Below, piece by piece: positions 39,419-55,259 of a stretch of 64,000 nucleotides of DNA (position 1 is the first letter of the stretch; each line of letters begins with the position of its first letter). The notes below the pieces were generated by a model, which worked only from the letters and a program-made list of their open reading frames with translations, searched no databases and was not told the origin of the DNA. The position numbers were made by a program, and so were the translations under genes. Source of the stretch: an uncultured bacterium (GTDB lineage Bacteria; Krumholzibacteriota; Krumholzibacteriia; Krumholzibacteriales; Krumholzibacteriaceae); NCBI GenBank assembly GCA_963786935.1, contig CAWBAN010000002.1, positions 128,001 through 192,000 of the forward strand, given 5' to 3'.

Positions 39419-40609
39419 GTGGCAAAAGGCAAGACACACAGCTCGTCCCGGCTCAAGGGCGTGGCGATTCTTCTCTGTCTCGTGTTCGTCGCCTCTCTCG
39501 GGCTCTACCGCTATTTCAAAACGGAGAGCGGCTCCGTGTTTCTCCTCGACGCCGGGATCGACAGCCGCTACGCGAACGTCCAGCGGGACGTCGAGCGTCG
39601 GGTCGTCAAGGCGCTCCGGCGGCACGGCGTCATGAGCCGCAGCCTGAAGATCACGCAGGAAAACGAGCCGGGGCAGGCGGCGCCCGTCTCGGTCATCCGG
39701 GCGGAGACCCCGCCCGAGGCCTCCCTCGTCCAGATCAACGCTTCGATAACGAAGGCAGTCCGCGCGATCGGAGCCCGCGTGCGTTCCTGCCAGGAGGGGA
39801 AGGACGGCACGATCATCACGATGGAGATCGGCACGAAGCGCGCGCTCACGCACCGGTGCGTGATCAAGAAGGGCTCGGCGCGGGCCCGTCGCGGCGCGGC
39901 CGAGCGGAATCCCGTGCGCGTCGTCGCGCTCTGCGTGGACGATTTCGGCTTCTTCAACAACCAGCTCGTGAAGGATTTTCTCGATCTCGACATCCCGCTC
40001 ACGATCTCGGTGATACCGGGGCTCAAATATTCGGCGAAGATCTGTCTCGCGGCGGCGGAGGAGGGGAAGGACGTTCTGTGCCATCTTCCGATGGAGGCGG
40101 AGAAGGAGGCGTGGGACAGCGGCGAGATTCCGCTCATCAGGACGGGGATGAAGGCGGCGGAGATCGAGAAGGCGGTCGCGCAGGCGCTCGAGACGACCCC
40201 GGGCGCCATCGGGATCAACAACCATATGGGCTCGAAGGCGACCGCCGACCGGGCGCTCATGAAGGCGGTGCTCGGGCTCTGCCGCGAGCGCGGGATCTTC
40301 TTCTTCGACAGCATGACGACGTCGCACTCGGTCGTCGGCGACGTCGCGAAGGAGGTCGGCGCGAGCACGGCGTCGAACGACCTGTTCGTCGACGGCGGCG
40401 ACGGCGAAACGCGCGAGAACATGCGGAAGCTTCTGTCGATCGCGGCCCGCAGGGGCTCGGCGATCGGCATCGTTCACGTGCGGCCGCAGACGCTCGAGGA
40501 TCTGCGCTGGATGATCGACGAGGCGCGAAAAGAGGGGATCGAGTTCATCACGATCTCCCAGATGATAAAGAGACACAGCCTGGCGTTGGCGGAAGGAGGA
40601 GGGCTTTGA
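39419..40609 (+). CDS. Divergent polysaccharide deacetylase family protein (YibQ-like)
   Basis: N-terminal TM helix. Motifs VDDFG, HLPME, GINNHMGSKAT, FFDSMT and AIGIVH. Confidence 0.9.
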   Translation: MAKGKTHSSSRLKGVAILLCLVFVASLGLYRYFKTESGSVFLLDAGIDSRYANVQRDVERRVVKALRRHGVMSRSLKITQENEPGQAAPVSVIRAETPPEASLVQINASITKAVRAIGARVRSCQEGKDGTIITMEIGTKRALTHRCVIKKGSARARRGAAERNPVRVVALCVDDFGFFNNQLVKDFLDLDIPLTISVIPGLKYSAKICLAAAEEGKDVLCHLPMEAEKEAWDSGEIPLIRTGMKAAEIEKAVAQALETTPGAIGINNHMGSKATADRALMKAVLGLCRERGIFFFDSMTTSHSVVGDVAKEVGASTASNDLFVDGGDGETRENMRKLLSIAARRGSAIGIVHVRPQTLEDLRWMIDEARKEGIEFITISQMIKRHSLALAEGGGL

Positions 40610-41325
40610 GCACGATACGGCTTGGGGTCAATATCGATCACGTGGCGACGCTCCGCGAGGCGAGGAAGGCGACGGAGCCCGATCCGGTGACCGCGGCCAT
40701 GATGGCCGAGCAGGGGGGCGCCGATCAGATCACCTTTCACCTGCGGGAGGACCGGCGGCACATCCAGAACCGCGACGCGCGGCTCATCAGCGAGCTCGCG
40801 CAGACGCGGGTCAACATGGAGATGGCGGCGACGACCGAGATGCAGGAGATCGCGCTCGCGCTCCGTCCCGATTCGGTGACGCTCGTGCCCGAGAAGCGCG
40901 AAGAGGTGACGACCGAAGGGGGCCTCGACGTCGTCAAGATGAGCGCCGCCGTGACGCCGATCGTCAAATCGCTCAAGGAAGGCGGGATCTCGGTGGCGGC
41001 CTTCCTCAATCCCGATCAGGCGCAGATCAAGGAGGCCGCGAAGATCGGCTTCGACGCGGTCGAGATCCACACCGGCGAGTACGCGAACGCGGGGCGCACG
41101 GAGGTCGAGCGGACGCTCCGGGCGATCCGCGACGCGGCCTCGGCGACGGCCAAGCACGGCATGCGGGCGCACGCGGGGCACGGCCTCACCTATCACAACG
41201 TCCGCGCGATCGTCGAGATCCGCGAGATCGAGGAGCTCAACATCGGCCACAGCATCCTTGCGCGGGCGATGTTCGTCGGGATCGAGCAGGCGGTGCGGGA
41301 GATGGCGGCGCTGCTGAGGCGGTGA
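40606..41325 (+). CDS. pdxJ: Pyridoxine 5'-phosphate synthase
   Basis: TTG start with GGAGG. Motifs LGVNIDHVATLREAR, HLREDRRHIQ, TTEGGLD, AGHGL and ELNIGHS. Confidence 0.97.
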   Translation: MSTIRLGVNIDHVATLREARKATEPDPVTAAMMAEQGGADQITFHLREDRRHIQNRDARLISELAQTRVNMEMAATTEMQEIALALRPDSVTLVPEKREEVTTEGGLDVVKMSAAVTPIVKSLKEGGISVAAFLNPDQAQIKEAAKIGFDAVEIHTGEYANAGRTEVERTLRAIRDAASATAKHGMRAHAGHGLTYHNVRAIVEIREIEELNIGHSILARAMFVGIEQAVREMAALLRR

Positions 41326-41388
41326 GGGGTAGGGGCGGCGGGCTTCTCATTCGAATATTTATCCGAACGGCGAGGCCTTTTCGATGCG

Positions 41389-41420
41389 GCGCGGCGCGGG
41401 GAGCGACCCCCGCGCCGCGC
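41389..41420. terminator. GC-rich hairpin between convergent genes
   Basis: 13-bp perfect stem GCGCGGCGCGGGG/CCCCGCGCCGCGC. No clear U-tract. Confidence 0.45.
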
Positions 41421-41430
41421 GCGTTGCGAG

Positions 41431-42453
41431 CTAGAACTTCCCCTCCCGAACTTGAGCTCTCGAGCGCCTGTCGCCGAGGCGGACGACCCGCTCCCGGTGG
41501 ACGGGCTCGTTCTCCGGCACGGGCGTCTCGCGCTTTTCGCGGCCGAGCCGGATCACGCTCTTCAATTGCTTCAGAATATCGGAGCCATCGAGCGCCTCGG
41601 CCCCCTCGGCGTAGAAGTCGAACCACGGGAGCCCCGCGCTCGTGTAGCTCTGGGCCGTCGGCGGCACGGTCGGCGGCGCCTCTCCCGTGATCGCGCGCCA
41701 GACGAGGGAGTTCGCGATGTGCACGAAGCACCGGCTCGAGCGCGAGCGGTCCCAATCCTCGAAGTCGAAACGGTCCTCGTAGATCTCCTGCCGCATGCGG
41801 CCGCCCGGAGCGAGCCCCATGTCCGGGCTCGACCCATTGGGCATGCAAATCGACCGGCATATCTCAAGATCCTGGAGCTCCCGCTTCGGGAACCGCCGCT
41901 CGAAGACCTCGCGCTTCATCGGATAGGCGATGATCTGGAGCCCGCCGAACTCCGCCGCGCCCGTGATCTGCTCCTCGGCGGTGTAGCCGCGGCCGAGCGG
42001 CATCGCGACGAACTGCCGGATGATGCCCTTCTCGACGCAGAAACCGTCGAGCCACGGCTGCCCGGGGACGACGACGTAGTCCTGCGGCACGCCGTGAAGG
42101 CCGTTCGTCCACTGCTCGCCGCTCACGGCGTCGATCTTGCCCGCTGCGATCTTGACGGCGAAGGGATACGGCGCGCCGTGCCCGGGAACGTACGACGAGC
42201 TGAAGTTCAGCCACATCGCCTCGGCCTGATGCATCGGGAGCATCACGCCGCCATGCTCGAGCCACTGCGCCGGCACGCCGCCGGCGAAATCGTCGACGTG
42301 CTTCAGCGGAAAGCTCCCGAGGCCGGGCGGCAGGAAGTGGTCCTTCCCGTCGTCGGGGATGCGGAGCGTGCGCTCGAACTCGATCTCGAGCCGCGCGTCC
42401 GGATGCACCTCCGGAAACGAAAAGACGAGCGTGTTGTGCTTGAGCTCTATCAT
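41431..42453 (-). CDS. Conserved hypothetical protein of unknown function
   Basis: Strong RBS (AAGGAGGAG). Motifs FERTLRIPDD, LPPGLGSFPL, QPWLDGF, IRQFVAMPLG and MGLAPGGRMRQEIYED. Confidence 0.8.
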   Translation of the reverse strand: MIELKHNTLVFSFPEVHPDARLEIEFERTLRIPDDGKDHFLPPGLGSFPLKHVDDFAGGVPAQWLEHGGVMLPMHQAEAMWLNFSSSYVPGHGAPYPFAVKIAAGKIDAVSGEQWTNGLHGVPQDYVVVPGQPWLDGFCVEKGIIRQFVAMPLGRGYTAEEQITGAAEFGGLQIIAYPMKREVFERRFPKRELQDLEICRSICMPNGSSPDMGLAPGGRMRQEIYEDRFDFEDWDRSRSSRCFVHIANSLVWRAITGEAPPTVPPTAQSYTSAGLPWFDFYAEGAEALDGSDILKQLKSVIRLGREKRETPVPENEPVHRERVVRLGDRRSRAQVREGKF

Positions 42454-42469
42454 CGTACTCCTCCTTGGT

Positions 42470-42826
42470 TCACCATTTGCCGTCGCGCACCTCGCGCACG
42501 AGGCGAAGCATCGCGTGATCCGGCATGTCTTTCATCTCGCGAATGAGCTCGGCGAAGAGCTTCGGCCGCTGCCGAATCACCTTCTGCAGGTCGCTCGAGA
42601 CCTTCCCCGCCAGCGCGAGGAGGACGTCCGTATCCTCGCCGAGCGCTTCCGCAAGAAGCGCTATCTTTGACTCGGAGGGGGGCGGCTGTTCGCCGCGCTC
42701 GACCTTGCTGAGGAAGGACGGCTCGACGCCGATCTTCATCGCGATCTTTCGAAGGGAGAATTCCGGGTTGCCCTCCCGCAGCTTCTCCCGCCGCTGCCGA
42801 ATGTATTCACCGAAATGATTCATCAT
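42470..42826 (-). CDS. XRE-family helix-turn-helix regulator
   Basis: FGEYIRQRRE...SLRKIAMKIGVEPSFLSKVERG. Confidence 0.88.
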   Translation of the reverse strand: MMNHFGEYIRQRREKLREGNPEFSLRKIAMKIGVEPSFLSKVERGEQPPPSESKIALLAEALGEDTDVLLALAGKVSSDLQKVIRQRPKLFAELIREMKDMPDHAMLRLVREVRDGKW

Positions 42827-42827
42827 G

Positions 42828-42862
42828 TGTGTATTATATACTACACAGTACACGTTTGTCAA
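42828..42862 (-). promoter_or_regulatory. Consensus promoter with an overlapping palindromic operator
   Basis: Minus strand reads TTGACA-N18-TATAAT, then 6 nt to ATG. An 18/20 palindrome TGTGTATTATATACTACACA lies at 42828-42847. Confidence 0.8.
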
Positions 42863-42985
42863 GGGGGCGCCGGCCGAATCTTCCTAATGCATTATAATTC
42901 AATAGAATAAAATTGAAATTGCGCGCGGGAGGCGGCGGGTTTAATCTCGGCTGAGGATCAAAACCGACAAGAAAAGGAGAGAGCC

Positions 42986-43705
42986 ATGCAGCCATATCCG
43001 AAGAAGCTCATCGAGACCGCCGGGATCGGGATCCCGCTCATCGGATTCTACGACGCGCCGGACCCCGCGCCCTTCGAGCCGCTCGTCGAGCCGAAGCCGG
43101 GGGCGCGCGCCTGCGTGTTTGGATTCTACAAGAGCTGGCTCAAAGGCGAGACGCTCCGCGTCACGAAGGACAACTTCGGCTGCGGCGGCGCGGGACGCGC
43201 ATGGTGCGGCGTCGAGGCGCGCTCGCGAGAGGAGTTCATTCGTTTTCTCGTCGACGAGGAGGGGCTCAAAGCCTCGCACGATCTCATGAACCGCTGGATC
43301 GATTCGAGCGCACCGTACCGGCGGACTCACGCGAACATTCTCGTCGGCCCGCTGAAGGAATCGCAGTACGAGTATCTCAGGACGGTGACCTTCTTCGTGA
43401 ATCCCGACCAGCTCGGCCTCATGACCCTCGGCGCGCAGTATCACAGCGCGCCGGAGGATCCGCCGCCGGTGATTTCCCCCTTCGGATCCAGCTGCATGCA
43501 GATGGTCGGCGTCTTCAAGGATCTCGATGCGCCGCAGGCGGCGATCGGCTCCACCGACGTCGCGAGCCGCGAGTATCTCCCGCCCGACACGCTCGCCTTC
43601 ACCGTGACGAAACCGATGTTCGAGCGGCTCGCCACGCTCGACGACCGGAGCTTCCTCACCAAGCCCTTTTGGAAGAAGCTGATGAAGGCGCGCTCGCGCG
43701 GCTGA
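42986..43705 (+). CDS. DUF169-like protein
   Basis: AAGGAGA RBS. Motifs FGCGGA, LVGPL, VTFFVNPDQL, PFGSSC, IGSTDVASR and LAFTV. Confidence 0.7.
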   Translation: MQPYPKKLIETAGIGIPLIGFYDAPDPAPFEPLVEPKPGARACVFGFYKSWLKGETLRVTKDNFGCGGAGRAWCGVEARSREEFIRFLVDEEGLKASHDLMNRWIDSSAPYRRTHANILVGPLKESQYEYLRTVTFFVNPDQLGLMTLGAQYHSAPEDPPPVISPFGSSCMQMVGVFKDLDAPQAAIGSTDVASREYLPPDTLAFTVTKPMFERLATLDDRSFLTKPFWKKLMKARSRG

Positions 43706-43724
43706 GGAGGGCGCGGGGCAAATG

Positions 43725-43753
43725 AAAAAGCCCCCCGTCGCGGGACGGGGGGC
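43725..43753 (-). terminator. Intrinsic terminator for ald
   Basis: 10-bp stem GCCCCCCGTC/GACGGGGGGC with an A5 on the left, which is a U-tract on the minus strand. Confidence 0.75.
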
Positions 43754-43791
43754 CGGTCGTTTGCTTCGTCGCCGGGCGTCGCGAGCGATGC

Positions 43792-44910
43792 TTACCGCTT
43801 CGGCAGCACGCTCTCGAGCGGCGTGTATCTCAGCTTGAACGCCTTCGCGACGGCCTCGTCGGTGACGACGCCCTTCAGCATGTTGATGCCGGTCCAGATC
43901 GTCCGGTTCGCGCGCGCGGCCTTCACGTATCCCTTGTCCGCGATCTCGATCGCGTAGGGGAGCGTGGCGTTCGTGAGCGCCATCGTGGAGGTCCGGCACA
44001 CCGCGCCCGGCATGTTGGCGACGCCGTAGTGCACGACGCCGTCGACGAAGTAGATCGGATCGGTGTGGTACGTGGCGTGGATCGTCTCGATGCAGCCGCC
44101 CTGGTCCACCGCGACGTCGACGATCACGGAGCCCTTCTTCATGAGCTTGAGCATCGGCCTCGTGACGAGACGCGGCGCCTTGGCTCCGGGGATGAGAACC
44201 GCGCCGACGAGGAGGTCGGCCTGCGCGAGCATCTTGCGGATGTTCGCCGGGTTCGACATGAGGACGGTGACGTTCGCCGGAAGGACGTCGGAAAGGTAGC
44301 GGAGCCGATCGAGGTTGATGTCGAGGATGGTGACCTTCGCGCCCATGCCGGCCGCCATCTTCGCCGCGTGCGTGCCGACGATGCCGCCGCCGAGGATGAC
44401 CACGTGCGCGGGCTCGACGCCGGGCACGCCGCCGAGGAGAACGCCCATGCCGCCCATCGGGCGCTCGAGGTACTTGGCGCCTTCCTGGATCGCCATGCGG
44501 CCGGCGACCTCGCTCATGGGGATGAGGAGCGGGAGCGAGCCGTCCTTGTCCATCGTCTCGTAGGCGACGGCGACGGCGCCGGTCTTGAGCATGCCCATCG
44601 TGAGGGGCTTGCTCGATGCGAAATGGAAGTACGTGAACACGATCTGATCCTTGCGGATCATCTTGATCTCGACCTGCTGCGGCTCCTTCACCTTGATGAT
44701 CATGTCCGACTTGCGGAAAATCTGCTTCGCCGACGGGATAATCGTGGCGCCCGCCGCGCGGTATTCCGCATCCGGGAAGCCGCTCCCGACGCCCGCGCCC
44801 TTCTCGACGAGCACCTTGTGCCCGTGCTTGCGCAGGGTCTCGGCCCCCACCGGGAGAAGGCTGACCCGGTATTCAGCTTTCTTGATCTCTTTCGGCACGC
44901 CGATAATCAT
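43792..44910 (-). CDS. ald: Alanine dehydrogenase
   Basis: Motifs [38 protein letters not shown] and VANMPGAV. Confidence 0.97.
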   Translation of the reverse strand: MIIGVPKEIKKAEYRVSLLPVGAETLRKHGHKVLVEKGAGVGSGFPDAEYRAAGATIIPSAKQIFRKSDMIIKVKEPQQVEIKMIRKDQIVFTYFHFASSKPLTMGMLKTGAVAVAYETMDKDGSLPLLIPMSEVAGRMAIQEGAKYLERPMGGMGVLLGGVPGVEPAHVVILGGGIVGTHAAKMAAGMGAKVTILDINLDRLRYLSDVLPANVTVLMSNPANIRKMLAQADLLVGAVLIPGAKAPRLVTRPMLKLMKKGSVIVDVAVDQGGCIETIHATYHTDPIYFVDGVVHYGVANMPGAVCRTSTMALTNATLPYAIEIADKGYVKAARANRTIWTGINMLKGVVTDEAVAKAFKLRYTPLESVLPKR

Positions 44911-45006
44911 CGAACCACCTCTGGCTTTAAAAGTTACGAACCTCGAACCGATTGAAAATCCAAAATTAGTCAATAATATAGCCGAATTCCCGCCATTTTC
45001 AAATGA

Positions 45007-46524
<1,518 letters not shown>

Positions 46525-46604
46525 CGCTCCTGACGCGGGCGGCGGGCCTCCGGGCCCGGCCGCACGGGCGGCGGCGCTCGAGGCCGCCGGCCGCGAGAGA
46601 CGAC

Positions 46605-46635
46605 GGGCCCTCCCCCTCGGGAGGGCCCTTTTTTT
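46605..46635 (+). terminator. Intrinsic terminator after gdhA
   Basis: 10-bp stem GGGCCCTCCC/GGGAGGGCCC followed by T7. Confidence 0.85.
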
Positions 46636-46692
46636 CCTCCCCGGCAGATAAATTTCATGGCGGTTTTCGGGTTCGATTATTAGTATGTCCCC

Positions 46693-47622
46693 ATGTACAA
46701 CATCTTCCGGGCGAATCATGACGGGCTCATCATCACCGACGAGCTCGCGAAAGACTGCTGGGTCCGCGTATCGAGCCCGACGCCCGCGGAGTGCGAGTTC
46801 CTGAGCAGGCAGCTCGGCATCCCGATCGCCTTCATCACCGATCCGCTCGACGTGGACGAGCGCGCGCGAATCGAGATCGACGAAGGGGTCACCCTCGTCA
46901 TCGTGCGCATTCCCTACTTCGATCCGGAGAACGAGGAGATTCCCTACAAGACGCTCCCGCTCGGCGTCATATTCACCGACGAGTGCATCCTCACCGTGAG
47001 CTCGAAAATCGACGGGGGATATCTGGATTTCGTGATCGGACGGGTGAAGGGCTTTTCCATCGAGCACCGGGGACGCTTCCTCCTGCAGGTATTCTCCAAG
47101 ACGGCGCTCCTCTATCTGAACTACCTCAAGGATATCAACAAGCGCACGGACATCATCGAGGGGGAGCTCCACAAGTCGATGCGGAACGTGGAGCTCATCA
47201 AGCTGCTCAACATCGAGAAGAGCCTCGTCTTCTTCGCGACGAGCCTGCGCTCGAACGAGTTCATGATGGAGCGGCTGCAGAAAACCGGCATCCGGATGAC
47301 GGAGGACGACAAGGAACTGCTCGACGACGTCATCATCGAGAACAAGCAGGCCATCGAAATGGCGAACATCTACAGCAACATCCTGAGCGGAATGATGGAC
47401 GCCTTCGCCTCGGTCATCAACAACAACCTCACCCTCGTGATGAAGCTCCTCACTTCCGTGACGATCATCCTCATGATCCCCACGTTCGTGTCGAGCACCT
47501 TCGGCATGAACGTGCCGCTCCCGTTCCAGAACTCGCCGCACGCGTTCCTCATCGTGACCGGGATCTCGCTCATGCTCTCGCTCATCGGCGTGGCCATTTT
47601 CTGGAAGAGGAGATGGTTCTGA
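46693..47622 (+). CDS. corA: CorA family magnesium transporter
   Basis: Motifs LDVDERARIE and SVINNNL, then FGMN followed by TM helices. Confidence 0.92.
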   Translation: MYNIFRANHDGLIITDELAKDCWVRVSSPTPAECEFLSRQLGIPIAFITDPLDVDERARIEIDEGVTLVIVRIPYFDPENEEIPYKTLPLGVIFTDECILTVSSKIDGGYLDFVIGRVKGFSIEHRGRFLLQVFSKTALLYLNYLKDINKRTDIIEGELHKSMRNVELIKLLNIEKSLVFFATSLRSNEFMMERLQKTGIRMTEDDKELLDDVIIENKQAIEMANIYSNILSGMMDAFASVINNNLTLVMKLLTSVTIILMIPTFVSSTFGMNVPLPFQNSPHAFLIVTGISLMLSLIGVAIFWKRRWF

Positions 47623-47629
47623 GGGCGGA

Positions 47630-52152
<4,523 letters not shown>

Positions 52153-52162
52153 CGAGAGAGCC

Positions 52163-53749
52163 CTACCCCCTGTAGATGCGGTAATCGACGTCGGGGAAGA
52201 TGTTGTCCCGGTGCTCGACCTCCTTGAGCCACTGGTCGTTGACGCGGGCGTTCATGATGTCGTGGTAGAGGCGGTCGAAGCGGGCGACGTGGTCCTTCGT
52301 CCGCTTGTGCGCGTACTCGACCATCGTGCCGGTCTTCATGATGAACGCCCAGTCGCTCCCCTGCGCGAGGAGCAGCTCGCGCGCCGCCTGATTGAGCGCC
52401 CGCCTCGTGATGCCGTCGGCGTCGGGGAAGCGATCGGCGAGGATGACCATGCGGTCCGCCATTATGTGCAGGTGGGGGTAGATCCAGTCGTTGTCGCCGT
52501 TGAGCCACACCTCGCTGTAGCCCTTGTAGCCCCACGAGGACATCGAGGGAGCGACGACCTGGAGCTTGGGATGCCGCTCGAGATATTCCCACGGCGTGAT
52601 CATCTTGATCGTCTTCTGGTCGAAATGGATCTTGCGAATGAGGAACTCGACCCACTCGGGCCCCTCGTACCACCAGTGGCCGAAGAGCTCGGCGTCGTAC
52701 GGCGAGACGATGATCGGCTTGATCTTGAGGAAATCGTGCAGCCATTGGATCTGCTTCTCGCGGTTGAACATGAAGTTCCCCGCGTGGGCGGCGGCCTTCT
52801 CGCGGGCGATCGACGGCTTGTAGGGCTCCTTGTGCTCCGTCTCCCCCGTGATCCGGTAATACTTGATCCCGAGGTTGACGCGGTTGCCGTCCGAATGGAG
52901 GTAGGGGCGGACGTAGTCGTAATCGAGGTCGAAGCCGACGTCGCGGTAGAACTCGCGGTAGTCGTAATCCCCCGGGTATCCCTGCTTCGCGCTCCAGACC
53001 TGCTTCGACGACTCCATGTCTCGCCCGAACGCCGCGACGGCGGCCGGGGTGTAGACGGGGGCGAAGACGCCGTAGCGCGGCCGGGGCGTTCCGAAGAGAA
53101 TCCCGTGCGTGTCGGTGAAGAAGAACTTGATCCCCGCGTCTTTGAGCAGCTCGTCGACCCCCGGCGCGTAGCCGCACTCGGGGAGCCAGATGCCGCGCGG
53201 CCGGCGCCCGAAATGCTTTTCGTAATGCGCGCAGGCGATCTCTATCTGGGCGCGCGCGGCCCGGCGGTTGTGCATGAGGGGGAGATAGCCGTGCGTCGCC
53301 CCGCAGGTGATGATCTCGATCTTGCCGAGATCCTGGAAGCGCTTGAACGCCTGGATGACGTTGTTGTAGTAGCGCTCGGAGAAGATTTGCCGCGCCCGCG
53401 TGAGCTTCCAGAAATACATGAGAGCGAGCTCGTGGAAGTCGGGAGTCCAGCGGGTGCGCTCGATCTCCTTGCCCGCGAGGTCGATGAGCTTGTTGAGGTG
53501 CCGCAGGTAGCGGTACTGAAGGAGCGGATCGCTCATCATCGAGAGGAGCGTCGGCGTCAGCGACATCGTGAGCCGGAAATCGACGCCGTCCTCGATGAGG
53601 CGGTCGAAGACCTCGATGAACGGGATGTAAGTCTCGGTGAGCGCCTCGAAATACCAGTCCTCTTCGAGGAACTCCTCATACTCCGGGTGCCGCACGAACG
53701 GGAGGTGCGCGTGGAGAACGAGCGCCAGGTACCCTTTTTCCTCGCTCAT
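52163..53749 (-). CDS. GH57 1,4-alpha-glucan branching enzyme (DUF1957)
   Basis: Motifs LVLHAHLPFV, GIWLPECGY, PYDAELFGHWWYEG and ARELLLAQGSDWAF. Confidence 0.93.
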   Translation of the reverse strand: MSEEKGYLALVLHAHLPFVRHPEYEEFLEEDWYFEALTETYIPFIEVFDRLIEDGVDFRLTMSLTPTLLSMMSDPLLQYRYLRHLNKLIDLAGKEIERTRWTPDFHELALMYFWKLTRARQIFSERYYNNVIQAFKRFQDLGKIEIITCGATHGYLPLMHNRRAARAQIEIACAHYEKHFGRRPRGIWLPECGYAPGVDELLKDAGIKFFFTDTHGILFGTPRPRYGVFAPVYTPAAVAAFGRDMESSKQVWSAKQGYPGDYDYREFYRDVGFDLDYDYVRPYLHSDGNRVNLGIKYYRITGETEHKEPYKPSIAREKAAAHAGNFMFNREKQIQWLHDFLKIKPIIVSPYDAELFGHWWYEGPEWVEFLIRKIHFDQKTIKMITPWEYLERHPKLQVVAPSMSSWGYKGYSEVWLNGDNDWIYPHLHIMADRMVILADRFPDADGITRRALNQAARELLLAQGSDWAFIMKTGTMVEYAHKRTKDHVARFDRLYHDIMNARVNDQWLKEVEHRDNIFPDVDYRIYRG

Positions 53750-55095
53750 TTAATCACGGGCTCTTTCTTCCGGGACTTCTTCGTGACGTCCGTCTCGATC
53801 GTCCGTTTCTCGACGCCGTCGCCGGACGCGGCGGTCACGGGGAGATCGATCTTCCCGTCGGGAAGGGCGAACCGAAGGGAGAAGGTCCCATCGGGACGGA
53901 GCTTGACTTCCTTCCCCTGCACGGTCACGCGCGCGTCGGGCTCGGTGCCGCCGTAGAGGATGAGCTCGGTCGCCACCCAGAGGCGGAACGCGCGGCCTTT
54001 CGCTTCCTTATAGAGCGCGCCGCTGCCGAAGCTCGTCACCGCGCCGGAGCTGAGCTCCTCGAGGAGGTGTTTCTCGAGAAGGGCCTTGAGCTCTCCCGAG
54101 GCGGAATGCATGTCGTAGCCCCCCGAGGCGGCGAATATCTTGTCGAACACGTCGTCGGGCACCATCCATTTTTCGTCGATCCGGTCGCTCACGCGGTCGG
54201 AGGGGGTCTCGACGACGTTCGAGATCGCGACGAGCTCGAAACGCCCGTCGGGGGAGAGGGCCCCGATCGCGATCTGGTAGCGTCCCAGCGCGGAGACGTT
54301 GATGTACCACGTGCGCGCTTCGCGGGTGAGCACGATGTCGAAATGGCGCTCGTCCGCGGCGGCGCGGTCATAGACGCGCAGGATCATCTTGCACGACGGC
54401 CAGACGGGCCCGAAGGCGCGCTCCAGCTCGCGGTACTTGTGATCGGTGACCTCCCAGTACGCGAAGATCCAGTGGGGGTCGCGGGCCATCGCGACGATGC
54501 GGTCCACGTTGTAGCCCCTCGGAATCTCGATCGCCTCGACCGGAGGCATCACGCGCTGCTCGGCGCCGAGGTAGAATTTTCCTTCCTCGGCCGCCTGCCT
54601 GATCGGCTCGGTGGGGGCCTTCGCCGGCTCCGCGCCCTTGCGGGCCGCGGGCTTTTTCGTCGGGAGCTTCGCGGCCTTGACGCGCGTCTTCGGCGCTTTC
54701 GCCGGGGCGGGCGGCGCTGAGGGCTTCGCCGCCTTCGGCGTGACGACCGGCGTGGCGGGTTTTGCCGCGGGGACGGGCGGCGCAGGGCGTGCCGCCGTCA
54801 TCTTTGGCGACGAGACCTTTGCCGCCGGCGCCGCGATTTTCGGCGCCGCGGCCTTCGCCTCGGGCCGCGCCGCGACTTCCATTTTCTTGCTCGGTGCTTT
54901 CTTTGCCGCGCGGGGCTTCGCCTTCACGCCCGCGATGAATTTCCGGGCCGCTTCCTTCGCGGCCTCGACCCTCTTCTCCGCGGCGGAGATCGTCTGCTTC
55001 TTCGGTTGCGCCTTCGCCTTCGCGGTGGCCGGCGCCGTATTCCGCTTCGCGGCGGGCTTCGCCGCTTTCCTCTTCTTGAGCTCTTTCGGAGTCAT
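53746..55095 (-). CDS. DUF4912 domain protein with a Lys/Ala/Pro-rich N-terminus and an Ig-like C-terminus
   Basis: Motifs GYNVDRIVAMARDPHWIFAYWEV, SNVVETP and ELILYGGTEPDARV...DGTFSLRFALPDG. Confidence 0.88.
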   Translation of the reverse strand: MTPKELKKRKAAKPAAKRNTAPATAKAKAQPKKQTISAAEKRVEAAKEAARKFIAGVKAKPRAAKKAPSKKMEVAARPEAKAAAPKIAAPAAKVSSPKMTAARPAPPVPAAKPATPVVTPKAAKPSAPPAPAKAPKTRVKAAKLPTKKPAARKGAEPAKAPTEPIRQAAEEGKFYLGAEQRVMPPVEAIEIPRGYNVDRIVAMARDPHWIFAYWEVTDHKYRELERAFGPVWPSCKMILRVYDRAAADERHFDIVLTREARTWYINVSALGRYQIAIGALSPDGRFELVAISNVVETPSDRVSDRIDEKWMVPDDVFDKIFAASGGYDMHSASGELKALLEKHLLEELSSGAVTSFGSGALYKEAKGRAFRLWVATELILYGGTEPDARVTVQGKEVKLRPDGTFSLRFALPDGKIDLPVTAASGDGVEKRTIETDVTKKSRKKEPVIK

Positions 55096-55225
55096 ATTGG
55101 ATCACCTTCCTGTCCAGCCGTCGACCGTGGACGGCAGCCGCCCTCATATGCAGGAAGGCATTATAATCAATTCGCGCGGAAAGCACCATCTATAAGTATC
55201 CTCCTATTCTTTATGGAATAAACGA

Positions 55226-55254
55226 TTTACACGAAAGCGGATTTATGCTAGAAT
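55226..55254 (+). promoter_or_regulatory. Promoter of the conserved leader, copy A
   Basis: TTTACA-N17-TAGAAT with an extended TG. The -35 and -10 boxes are identical in copy B. Confidence 0.7.
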
Positions 55255-55259
55255 GCGGG

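Noticed and set aside
41326..42985. Prophage or mobile element around the XRE gene
   Set aside because: No integrase, transposase, phage genes or flanking att/target-site repeats were found.
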